Assembly (NCBI GenBank): GCA_038889235.1
Contig: JAWAHN010000001.1
Span: 404,499 to 436,498 of the forward strand
Source of the DNA: Candidatus Jordarchaeales archaeon
Lineage (GTDB): Archaea > Asgardarchaeota > Jordiarchaeia > Jordiarchaeales > Freyrarchaeaceae
Length of the DNA stretch: 32,000 nucleotides
Direction: 5' to 3'
Shown one piece after another: positions 18,520 through 26,619 of the stretch; within the stretch, counting starts at the first letter, position 1, and each line of letters opens with the position of its first letter. The notes beneath the pieces were generated by a model. The model had not been told where the DNA came from, did no database searches, and saw only the letters and a list, made by a program, of their open reading frames with translations. Both the position numbers and the translations under genes were made by a program.

Positions 18520-20133
18520 TTTTTTCGCTTTAAACCACGTCTCCTTTATGGGCCTCGAGAGTTCCTCTATGTAGCCTTCCAGCGTGCTGCATACGGCTAC
18601 CGTTTGCTCCTCTTTTTGTGGTATCCAGGCGAAAACCACTTCCTCCCTGTCCTTAACTGCCCCAATTATTTTTTCCTCGTCAGGGGTGAGAACTCTCAGA
18701 GCGGTATTTGGTCTAGAGGCGATCTTTCTCAGGAGGGATGGATCTCCCGAGGCTGCCATTTGAAGTGACACCCTAGGGCTCATCGACAATATGGCCTCCA
18801 CGTCTCCAGCCTCAACTCTCGGCATTACGAGCAGGAGCGAAGATTTGGCTGATTTAGCCACCTGCCTCACGTATTCCTTAACGTTGTTGTAGCCTGCGAC
18901 GAGGCCTACGCCTACTATTTCGGTGAAAGCTATGCTTTTCATAATACTTACTATTTCCTCTACTTTGCTTTTGACCGTTTTCAGCTCACCTGTAACCCGT
19001 TGGCTGACTGGTACTAGAGCCGAGGAAACCTTCTCTGATGTTTCAGAGCTGATCTTGGATACCGTGCTTAGTGCCTTTGACAGTTCATCTTCAACCTCTT
19101 TCAAAAGTCTAGCCGATGACAACTTGCCGGACTCTAGGGATTCTGAAAGCTTCTTGGAAACCATAATTCGTGCGTCTTCTAGAGCGCGTTTAATTTCCTC
19201 GGAAAGGGATGTCAGAGAGCGATCAACGTTGCTTTTTAAACCTCCCAAAAGCGACTCTACTTTCGACGCCAGGTTGTTAAGTTCCCCTTCCACCAGGCTC
19301 GACAGCGCTTGAGACATTCTCTCAAGACTGAATTTGACTTCCCCGTTAAAAGACGCGAAGTTTTTCTCCGCATCCAGCAGGGCAAGGTTTACTGTTTCGC
19401 CAATCTTTCTCTTAGCTTTCTCCGACTCTTGGGAAACCCTTCCCTTAACTTCTTCCAAGCTGTCCTGCAGGGAGGTGACCGTATCCTGCAACCTCTTCTG
19501 CAGCCCTTGAAGTTGTGCCACGACGTCTGAAATAGCTGACTGGATGACTCCAGACACCCTGCTTAGCGCTTCAAGTGAGAACGAGGACGACGAATCTACG
19601 AGTTCAAGCGCAAACTTCTCTATTGCCGACACGCTGCTCTTAAATGATGAGAACTGTGAAGAGACCAGCGCGGCAACCCTAGATATAGTTCCGCTTGCTT
19701 GCTCACCAACAGCCTTAGCCACGCTGCTGGCAACCTGTCTGCTGAGCGACGAAACTTCGCCTACTGTTGACGCGATAGACGACGAGGACGAATTTGACAT
19801 TTCTTTGATAGACGAGGAAGATGTCTCTAGCAGTGAAGAAGTAGCGGAAGATAGGGTGTTATAAAAGTCTTTCAATGCCGAGGATTCCTGTTCATAGAAG
19901 ACTGCAGTAAAACTTGACACTTTTTCCAAGAGAGATTTGACGGCTGTTTCGAGCTCGGCGACCTTGTCTTTCAACACTACTCCTAACTCGCCTCCCAGGG
20001 AGCTAGCCGAGGAGGAAACATATGCTTCAAGCTCGCTGACTTTCTCAAGGATTTCCTTCACTCGTTCATCTAACGCTCGCCTAGCTTCCTCCACCTTACT
20101 TTTCAACGCGTGAACCACTGACGCATCCGACAA
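18511..20133 (-). CDS. Long Ser-rich hendecad coiled-coil protein with a C-terminal TrmB/PLD-like alpha/beta domain
   Basis: ORF open from 20208; likely start is TTG 20133 after GGAGGGG; ~400 aa of 11-residue periodic helix, then a ~130-aa globular domain with no HKD motif. Confidence 0.75.
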   Translation of the reverse strand: MSDASVVHALKSKVEEARRALDERVKEILEKVSELEAYVSSSASSLGGELGVVLKDKVAELETAVKSLLEKVSSFTAVFYEQESSALKDFYNTLSSATSSLLETSSSSIKEMSNSSSSSIASTVGEVSSLSRQVASSVAKAVGEQASGTISRVAALVSSQFSSFKSSVSAIEKFALELVDSSSSFSLEALSRVSGVIQSAISDVVAQLQGLQKRLQDTVTSLQDSLEEVKGRVSQESEKAKRKIGETVNLALLDAEKNFASFNGEVKFSLERMSQALSSLVEGELNNLASKVESLLGGLKSNVDRSLTSLSEEIKRALEDARIMVSKKLSESLESGKLSSARLLKEVEDELSKALSTVSKISSETSEKVSSALVPVSQRVTGELKTVKSKVEEIVSIMKSIAFTEIVGVGLVAGYNNVKEYVRQVAKSAKSSLLLVMPRVEAGDVEAILSMSPRVSLQMAASGDPSLLRKIASRPNTALRVLTPDEEKIIGAVKDREEVVFAWIPQKEEQTVAVCSTLEGYIEELSRPIKETWFKAKKLE

Positions 20134-20357
20134 GAAATCCCCTCCTCTTCCCCCTTCTAGAAAGAGGTTAAGTTCAAGATAAGTTTTCCGTCGGCGCGGT
20201 ATAAACAATAAAAGTATATTTTTAAAAATCGCTAAAAAATATATTAACAGTAGTAACGTTTACTATGAATTTCCTCTTCGAGTGAGAAATTGTGTGACGC
20301 GATGAACGTAGCATTTCCTGGAAGGAGTGCTTTGAAAGTGGGCTTGGAGGAGTCAAG

Positions 20358-20873
20358 TTGAGCACGTATGTTTTCAAGGTGGTTATGGTTGGTGACCCAT
20401 CCGTTGGGAAGACTAGCCTTGTTATGAGGTATGTGAAGGGGTTCTTCGAATACGACTACAAGGCAACCGTCGGGACACAGATAATGAGCAAGGAGGTTCA
20501 GGTTAAAGGGTTAACGGTCAAGTTGATGATATGGGATATCGGTGGCCAGGAGAAGTTTAACACGTTAGCTCCGGCATATTATAAGGGTGCGGCTGGAGGA
20601 CTCGCAGTTTTTGACTTAACACGAAAAGAGACCTTTGAAAACCTGTCTAAATGGATTTCACGCTTAAGGACTTACGCAAACCCAAACGTGTCCATTGTCA
20701 TAGTTGGAAACAAGTCCGACTTGGTGGACGAAAGACAGGTCTCGCTCGAGGAGGCTATGGAGCTAGCAGAAAAAATCGGAGTCCCCTATATAGAGACGTC
20801 TGCCAAGAGCGGGAAAAACGTTATCAAGGTTTTCGAGATAATCGCTGAGAAAGTAGTAACTAAGAAAATTTAA
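20358..20873 (+). CDS. Rab-like small GTPase
   Basis: G1 GDPSVGKT, G2 YKATVG, G3 WDIGGQ, YYKGA, G4 NKSD, G5 ETSAK; no C-terminal Cys. Confidence 0.92.
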   Translation: MSTYVFKVVMVGDPSVGKTSLVMRYVKGFFEYDYKATVGTQIMSKEVQVKGLTVKLMIWDIGGQEKFNTLAPAYYKGAAGGLAVFDLTRKETFENLSKWISRLRTYANPNVSIVIVGNKSDLVDERQVSLEEAMELAEKIGVPYIETSAKSGKNVIKVFEIIAEKVVTKKI

Positions 20874-20926
20874 AGAGTAGTAGGGAGCTGGATGATTAAG
20901 GTTTCTAGGGGGGTGGAGTTTTCCGG

Positions 20927-21382
20927 CTACTTTCTTCTGGGCTTCTGCCTTCTATCCCTTCTAGGTTTTTTAACGAAGGGCTCACCTTGACTGAAGAGGA
21001 AGCGCGGCATGCTTGGCTGCCTGTAGACATTGTTGGAGAGATTGTTGTCGGTGTTCACTTCTATTTCTTCTTCGATAATTTCCATGACGCCGTAGCGTCC
21101 GAGGTTGAGGCGCATTTGGCCCTTGTAAAGGCTGACATACCCGTTCTTTATCAGTATTGAAGATCCCGGTGACACTTCGGATATAGCGTCGTCCCACAGC
21201 GTTAATAGTATTGATCCTGTCTCGTCGCCTACCAGCGCTTCTGCGACCTTGTGTACTGAGCCGTCACGTCTCGAGACGACTTCTCGGACGGCACTAACAC
21301 TCACTATTTTAACTTTTAGGTTCACTTTCCTAGAATTAGGGTTTAACTCATTTACGGATACAAGATTGCCTTCTTCTTCCAA
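20927..21382 (-). CDS. ssb: Single OB-fold single-stranded DNA-binding protein (crenarchaeal SSB/RPA-like)
   Basis: VNLKVKIV...VAEALVGDETGSILLTLWD...IKNGYVSLYKGQMRLNLGRYG, with an Arg/Lys-rich tail. Confidence 0.85.
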   Translation of the reverse strand: MEEEGNLVSVNELNPNSRKVNLKVKIVSVSAVREVVSRRDGSVHKVAEALVGDETGSILLTLWDDAISEVSPGSSILIKNGYVSLYKGQMRLNLGRYGVMEIIEEEIEVNTDNNLSNNVYRQPSMPRFLFSQGEPFVKKPRRDRRQKPRRK

Positions 21383-21665
21383 CTTAGACCCTCAAACCTA
21401 CGTTGACACAAGTAGCGAAAGAAGGAAAAGCGTCCTTCCCCCTAAAAGAGAGGAGAAAACGCCTTCACTTCTCTCGCTTGGCAAGATCTAGTACAATACG
21501 CCTTTTAATACTTATCGGTTCACCGGCATAAGCTTACAAAACTCCGACGAACCAGTTGAACTCCAGCTCGATGACAATGTGACCCGTGTTGACGTTTTAA
21601 GATAACTTGTAACTCTCAAATTCAGGTTCATGAAGGAGTTACTCTGTGAGGCTGCGCGGCGGGTT

Positions 21666-22196
21666 TCACTTGGTTATTTTTTGAGCCAAGTTCTTGACTA
21701 TGAGTGAGGCTAGGGATGTGAAAACGTCCTCTACGCACGTGCCAGTTTTGGCCGATGACTCGAAGTAGGGTATGTTAAGTTTGCTTGCAAGCCTTGCGCC
21801 GTCTTCAAAACTTACCTTTCTTTGGGGTGAAAGGTCGACCTTGTTTCCAACGAGGATTAAAGGTATGTTACCACAGTAGCGTTTCACCTGCGCCACCCAG
21901 TCTTCAACGTTTCTAAACGACTCAGGGTTGGTCACGTCGAAGACTACTAGTGCGCCTTGCCCTCCTTTAAAGTAGTTTGGAAGCAGAGGCTTAAACTTCT
22001 CCTGCCCACCAGTGTCCCATATTGTTAGCTTCACGGAGAGGCCGTCTATGTACACTATTTTCGAGTAGAAGTTGACCCCTAATGTCGGCATATAGTTCTC
22101 TTTGAAAGAGCCTGTCGTGAACCTGAGCGTGAGACTGGTCTTACCCACCCCTCCATCGCCAACGACGAGGACTTTGAAGTGGTAATTTGGAAGCAC
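21666..22196 (-). CDS. Rab-like small GTPase
   Basis: G1 GDGGVGKT, G2 YMPTLGVNF, G3 WDTGGQ, YFKGG, G4 NKVD, G5 ESSAK; no C-terminal Cys. Confidence 0.92.
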   Translation of the reverse strand: MLPNYHFKVLVVGDGGVGKTSLTLRFTTGSFKENYMPTLGVNFYSKIVYIDGLSVKLTIWDTGGQEKFKPLLPNYFKGGQGALVVFDVTNPESFRNVEDWVAQVKRYCGNIPLILVGNKVDLSPQRKVSFEDGARLASKLNIPYFESSAKTGTCVEDVFTSLASLIVKNLAQKITK

Positions 22197-22399
22197 TCAA
22201 CAGTCCTCCTCCTTTTTCGGCGCAGTCATTAAACAATAGAACTCGGTAAAACTTAAAAATTAAGCGATGACGGCGCCTTCGACAGGTGGCTGGCAGGGGA
22301 TATAAAAGAGCGGATAAGCATGAGGATCTTCCCCGCGTTTTACTCAATTTCATAATTACTCTTTTTTCCCTTTACTTCCCTCGGAGGGAGTTGGGCGTG

Positions 22400-22636
22400 A
22401 TGTTTAGGAACGTTTTGAGGAGAAGAGGATTCTGGAAAGTTAGAGGAGGAGACGAAGAGGTTTTCATGAAGCACGATGAAAGGATCGGCGGCATATATGT
22501 CACGCTGCAGAACCGTGTGGCCATTGTTAGGTTAGAAGACAGAAACGTTGTAGAAGTGTTCAGGAGCGCGAAACATTTAGAGTTATACCTTAAAAAACTC
22601 GAAGAAGAGAAGTTTAGCAGGTTGCTGCTGAACTAG
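22400..22636 (+). CDS. Small hypothetical protein
   Basis: MFRNVLRRRGFW... 78 aa from ATG 22400 after GGAGGGAG; globular, protein-like composition. Confidence 0.6.
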   Translation: MFRNVLRRRGFWKVRGGDEEVFMKHDERIGGIYVTLQNRVAIVRLEDRNVVEVFRSAKHLELYLKKLEEEKFSRLLLN

Positions 22637-23007
22637 GAAAGGGAAGCAAACTGCTGGGAAAGTTAGAAATTTTTGAGGGAGATGTTTCCGTCGTTTTAGT
22701 TGTGTTCACAAATCTGGCTCTCTTCGCCTTTAGCTCTTAGCTTCTCGGAGATCAAGGTTTAACGGCACACTGTTAGTGTACTGCATATTCTAAGGGAAGT
22801 GTGAAAGGAGATAGAAGGCTTGTGAAGGGGGAAATTGAGGGGGAGGAGATCTGTCCTTTAACCACTCTCCCTTTTCAGAGAGGGAAGTTTTATTGGTTTT
22901 GTGCTGCGTAGTCCTCTCTCATTTACTGCTCAACTTTTCGAAGTTTCCGAGGGACACCTTGCGGCCACATGTTGACCTGAGGGCAAATGAGTTGTTTTCT
23001 CGGGTAT

Positions 23008-23805
23008 TTAAAGTGATGTTGAAGAGTTGTTTTTCGTGAGCGATTTTGCCGTAGTTTTGCAACTCGCTTTTTGTGACTTACTTAGTGTAGATTTTTGCGC
23101 GCTTCTGGTAACAGGTGCTTCGACTATCTTCCCATTCGAGAAAGAGATCTTTACTTCTATTGGGGTCTTCCCCCTTTGCCGGATCTCCATCTTGTCTTTT
23201 TCCAGGAATATCAGTGCGTTTGCAAGGTGGAGAATTGACTCTGTTTCAGCGTCTTCAGCTAATTTTCGTTCTAGTGTTGCTAGTATAACGCTGTTTGAAA
23301 GCTGTATTTTCGCTTTTAGAAAGAACATGAACCTTAACGTGGCTTTGGGGGAAGCAAGTGATATGATAGAGGAAAGCGAGTCGATCACTATGCGTATGCG
23401 CCCGAGAGAAGACAGCCTCATTATGGCATCAACTATTTTCGAGCTTAGGGCTGCTAGGTCTGTTGGCGCTGAGACATACGTCACCGTGACACTATCTTCC
23501 ACGGAGAAGTCTATCGTGGGGCGGCAAAGGTCTATTATCCTGTATGTCGGGGACGAGCTCTTATACTTGGAGAGATCTACTCCTAGGCTGGCGACTTGGG
23601 ACTCCACCTCCTCAGCGAAGTTCACTGTTGTAACGTATATGCTCCCCTCTCCAAGCCTTAATCCTTCGCAGAAAAACTCCATGGCTATTAGCTCTTTCCC
23701 TCCTAGTGGCTCGCCTATAACTATGCATAAGGAGCCCGGGTTGAACCCTCCGCCAAGAATGCGGTCTAGGAATTCTATTCCAGTTTTTAGCTTCACTCTT
23801 TCCAT
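23008..23805 (-). CDS. RAD55/KaiC-like RecA-superfamily ATPase with degenerate catalytic motifs
   Basis: KTGIEFLDRILGGG, Walker A GEPLGGKE (Glu at the T/S position), TTVN in place of the EE pair, Walker B RIVIDSLS; S/T/K-rich tail. Confidence 0.85.
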   Translation of the reverse strand: MERVKLKTGIEFLDRILGGGFNPGSLCIVIGEPLGGKELIAMEFFCEGLRLGEGSIYVTTVNFAEEVESQVASLGVDLSKYKSSSPTYRIIDLCRPTIDFSVEDSVTVTYVSAPTDLAALSSKIVDAIMRLSSLGRIRIVIDSLSSIISLASPKATLRFMFFLKAKIQLSNSVILATLERKLAEDAETESILHLANALIFLEKDKMEIRQRGKTPIEVKISFSNGKIVEAPVTRSAQKSTLSKSQKASCKTTAKSLTKNNSSTSL

Positions 23806-23827
23806 GAGTTTTCTCTCCTGCGCCAGC

Positions 23828-24190
23828 TTACGTCAACGCTTCCGCTACACTTTTACATGCTTCCTCAAGTGCCTTAACGAGGTTGGGGGCGGCTGTCTTT
23901 GATGAGAGCACTAGGAGGAACGCCTTGGAGCCTGCACCTATGATGGTGATTACTCCTCCCTCTATTTCTAGGGATAGGTGACGAGCTATTCCTCTCTTGA
24001 CGGTTTCAGCGGCTACTTCCGCGGCTCCAAGCATTGAGGCAGACATAGCGGCGAGCCTGCTAACGTTTATGTCGTGGGGCATGAGCGATTCAAGAACGCT
24101 CCCGTTTCTCATCGCGACGAGACAGCCTTCAACCCCCTCCAATGATTGGAGCCTCGTCAGAACCTTTTTAATCTTTTCCCTAAACTCCAC
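23828..24190 (-). CDS. Roadblock/LC7 (MglB-like) protein
   Basis: EGVEGCLVAMRNG...LAAMSASMLGAAE...LEIEGGVITIIGAG...LLVLS pattern; directly follows the GTPase gene. Confidence 0.9.
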   Translation of the reverse strand: MEFREKIKKVLTRLQSLEGVEGCLVAMRNGSVLESLMPHDINVSRLAAMSASMLGAAEVAAETVKRGIARHLSLEIEGGVITIIGAGSKAFLLVLSSKTAAPNLVKALEEACKSVAEALT

Positions 24191-24205
24191 AGCACAACCC
24201 TCCCT

Positions 24206-25345
24206 CTACATAGAGATTATGTTAAGGAGTATGTCAACTAAGAGGAAAGTGTTAACTCTGTTTTTGGCACTGCATCCTACCACTGGAATAGACGGCGGAA
24301 TGCCGAGAATTGATCTAAGCTCTCCTGGAGGTATTGCCGACTCCAAGTCCTGTTTGTTCGCTGCCACAACTACCGGGGCCTTTCCTCGACACTTGTCAAA
24401 GAGCTCCCTAGCTCTTACGAAACTCGAAGTGTCCGCGCTATCAACCACTAGGATGAAGCCGACTGCCCCGCTCATCATCATGTCAAGTATTGGTTCGAAC
24501 TGGGGCTGACCCGGGGTTCCAAAGAACTCTATGAAGAATCCCTTGTAGTCTAGTGTTCCGTGATCAAGTGCCACGGTTGTCCCAGCTCGCTCGACGCTGA
24601 CGGCATCCTCAGCCAGCGCGTGAATAAGCGTGGTTTTTCCTGCATTGTACGGCCCGAGAACAACTATCTTTGGAAGGTATACTCTCAGCTCTCCAGGTGG
24701 GACTACTTTGACCAAGAAGAATAGGTCTTTCACGTCACCTACCCAGGCTGCCTTCTTTACCCTCATTTGGTTCTCTACCAGTAGTAGAGGGTCTGGTCTG
24801 ACTTCTAGAACACCGTCGAAGAAATGCTCTATTTCCTCAACGAGCTCACTGGTGTACGTCCATGAAGAGAAGAGGGCTATCAGTGTGGATGAGCCAACGG
24901 CTTTTAGAACATCGAGTAACGGTTTCACTTCGCCGCCGAGCGACTCCAGGAAAGTGTTTACTGAGTCGAGTACTAGGAGTGTTTTTTCGGTCGAGAGGTC
25001 AGATAACACTCTTTTAATTGAGCTGATGTCATAGGGGTTGACAATGTATCTTTCAAGGCTTTCCGCCCCGCTTAGCATGGAGTAAGCATCGACCATTACG
25101 AATTGGCCCTTTTGCTCGTATGCCTCGAGGTTTAAACGAGATTTCCTAGCTTGCCTTCTCACGCTTAAAGGGGGCTTATTATTCACGAAGTAAACTACGT
25201 TGAAGCCCTCCTCTAAGCCAACCTTAACGACGTGCAAACCGACTATTAGTGGGTCAAAGCTAGGTGAAATAACAAACATGTTTTTAGAGGATATTGGTAT
25301 GCCGCCAACCCTTCGGTCAAAGAGTGGGAGCTTTAGCCGCATCAA
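24206..25345 (-). CDS. Fusion of an inactive KaiC/RecA-fold domain and an MglA-like small GTPase
   Basis: N-domain LFDRRVGGIP, lost P-loop (SPSFDPL), LLVLDSVN; C-domain GPYNAGKT, TTVALDHG, GTPGQ, NKQD, SAK. Confidence 0.85.
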   Translation of the reverse strand: MMRLKLPLFDRRVGGIPISSKNMFVISPSFDPLIVGLHVVKVGLEEGFNVVYFVNNKPPLSVRRQARKSRLNLEAYEQKGQFVMVDAYSMLSGAESLERYIVNPYDISSIKRVLSDLSTEKTLLVLDSVNTFLESLGGEVKPLLDVLKAVGSSTLIALFSSWTYTSELVEEIEHFFDGVLEVRPDPLLLVENQMRVKKAAWVGDVKDLFFLVKVVPPGELRVYLPKIVVLGPYNAGKTTLIHALAEDAVSVERAGTTVALDHGTLDYKGFFIEFFGTPGQPQFEPILDMMMSGAVGFILVVDSADTSSFVRARELFDKCRGKAPVVVAANKQDLESAIPPGELRSILGIPPSIPVVGCSAKNRVNTFLLVDILLNIISM

Positions 25346-25459
25346 ACTCGCAGCCCACCAGGAGCATTATCGTGAGGGGGGCGCATAGTTGGAGGGACAT
25401 GGGCTTGCAAGTGCCTCTTACACGCGCGATCTGTTAAGCTTCCGGATTTTAGGCAGCTC

Positions 25460-26248
25460 CTAGTAGAGTATCACTATGCCGTTCTCGGTTATCGAGAAGC
25501 GTTTTTTCCCTTCGTAGTGGGGGGACCCCCTCATCTTGTATATTTCGATGTACCTGCTTCTCTTGTCTCCTTCAGGTTCCCAGTATAATATGAAGACTCC
25601 GTCAGCCATGAATTCTTCCACGCCAAACCTCGTTATGCCCGGCTTACCGTACTCGGCTTCTGTTACAAAGATAGAGGTGCACCCGTACCTTTTCAACATG
25701 CGTGATATGACGTTTAGCTCCCTTCTAACCACGCCAATGTTTCCATACTGCAGGAATAGGACGGAGATCGGGTCGAGGACTACCCTCTTGATACTACACT
25801 CTCTAACCGCTGTCTCCATAGTAGAATATAAACCATCCAACGTGAACATGTCGGGGTTAAGAGATAGGGCTTTGTCACCTATGGCGATAGCGCTAAGGTC
25901 CAGCAATACCAGCATCTGCCGCTCTATGAGGTCTTTCAGGTTCCACCTGAAATTCCTCGCATTTCTCAATATACTATCCAGGTGCTCTTCGAGTGAGACG
26001 TAAAGCCCAGGTTCACCATACTCCGCCGCGCCACGATAGAGGAACTCTAAGCAGAAAATGGACTTTCCTGCCCCAGATACACCCGATAGCAGGTAAGTAG
26101 ACCCCCTAAAGAGCCCACCCCTAACGAGCTCGTCGAACCCTCTAATCCCCGTAGGTGTCCTTTCGCCAGGAGATTCTAAAACGCGCGCCTCACGGATAAT
26201 TCTCTCCTTAAGCTCCGCCATGAACCCTGAAGAACTAGGTTTCTTCAC
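25460..26248 (-). CDS. Single-domain KaiC-like ATPase (CI-type)
   Basis: PTGIRGFDEL, Walker A GVSGAGKS, catalytic SLEE, RVVLDPIS, RFGVEEFMADGV and KMRGS; start is GTG 26248 or ATG 26221. Confidence 0.92.
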   Translation of the reverse strand: MKKPSSSGFMAELKERIIREARVLESPGERTPTGIRGFDELVRGGLFRGSTYLLSGVSGAGKSIFCLEFLYRGAAEYGEPGLYVSLEEHLDSILRNARNFRWNLKDLIERQMLVLLDLSAIAIGDKALSLNPDMFTLDGLYSTMETAVRECSIKRVVLDPISVLFLQYGNIGVVRRELNVISRMLKRYGCTSIFVTEAEYGKPGITRFGVEEFMADGVFILYWEPEGDKRSRYIEIYKMRGSPHYEGKKRFSITENGIVILY

Positions 26249-26522
26249 GCCTCTCCTCCTCCTTCAAAGGTTCTAACACGGCTATAAGCTCTTCCTCACT
26301 AGGCAACCCTATAAAACGCCAGTTCAAGCCCACTATATCTATTGTGGGTGTTGAGATCACTCCCTCCCTCACAGCTATTTCAGGATTCTTAGATATGTCG
26401 ACTTCTTCAACCTCAAGATCCAAGTTAAGCTTTTTCAGCGATGAACGCACCGTCTTAATGACCTGGTGATACTTCGGGGTGCGACTCGACTTAAAGATGA
26501 CTATCTTGTACTCTTTGCTCAT
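26235..26522 (-). CDS. Cys-less thioredoxin-fold protein, KaiB-like
   Basis: 95 aa from ATG 26522 after GGGGGA: YKIVIFKSSRTPKY...EEVDISKNPEIA...ISTPTI...RFIGLPSEEEL; contains no cysteine. Confidence 0.75.
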   Translation of the reverse strand: MSKEYKIVIFKSSRTPKYHQVIKTVRSSLKKLNLDLEVEEVDISKNPEIAVREGVISTPTIDIVGLNWRFIGLPSEEELIAVLEPLKEEERREET

Positions 26523-26619
26523 TATATTCCCCCGGGAAGAATAAACAATACTTTTGAATATAAAAATAATTATATCGATTCCTTGGGTGTCTGTTTGCTT
26601 CGCGAAGGGGGGAGTATTG

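Noticed and set aside
22637-23007. 370-nt intergenic region
   Set aside because: Only short weak hairpins and no credible ORF or repeat
23027-23902. 291-aa plus-strand ORF and similar antisense ORFs (2244-2705, 18923-19312, 24630-25034, 25536-26003, 31385-31843)
   Set aside because: Antisense shadows of well-supported genes with no independent motifs
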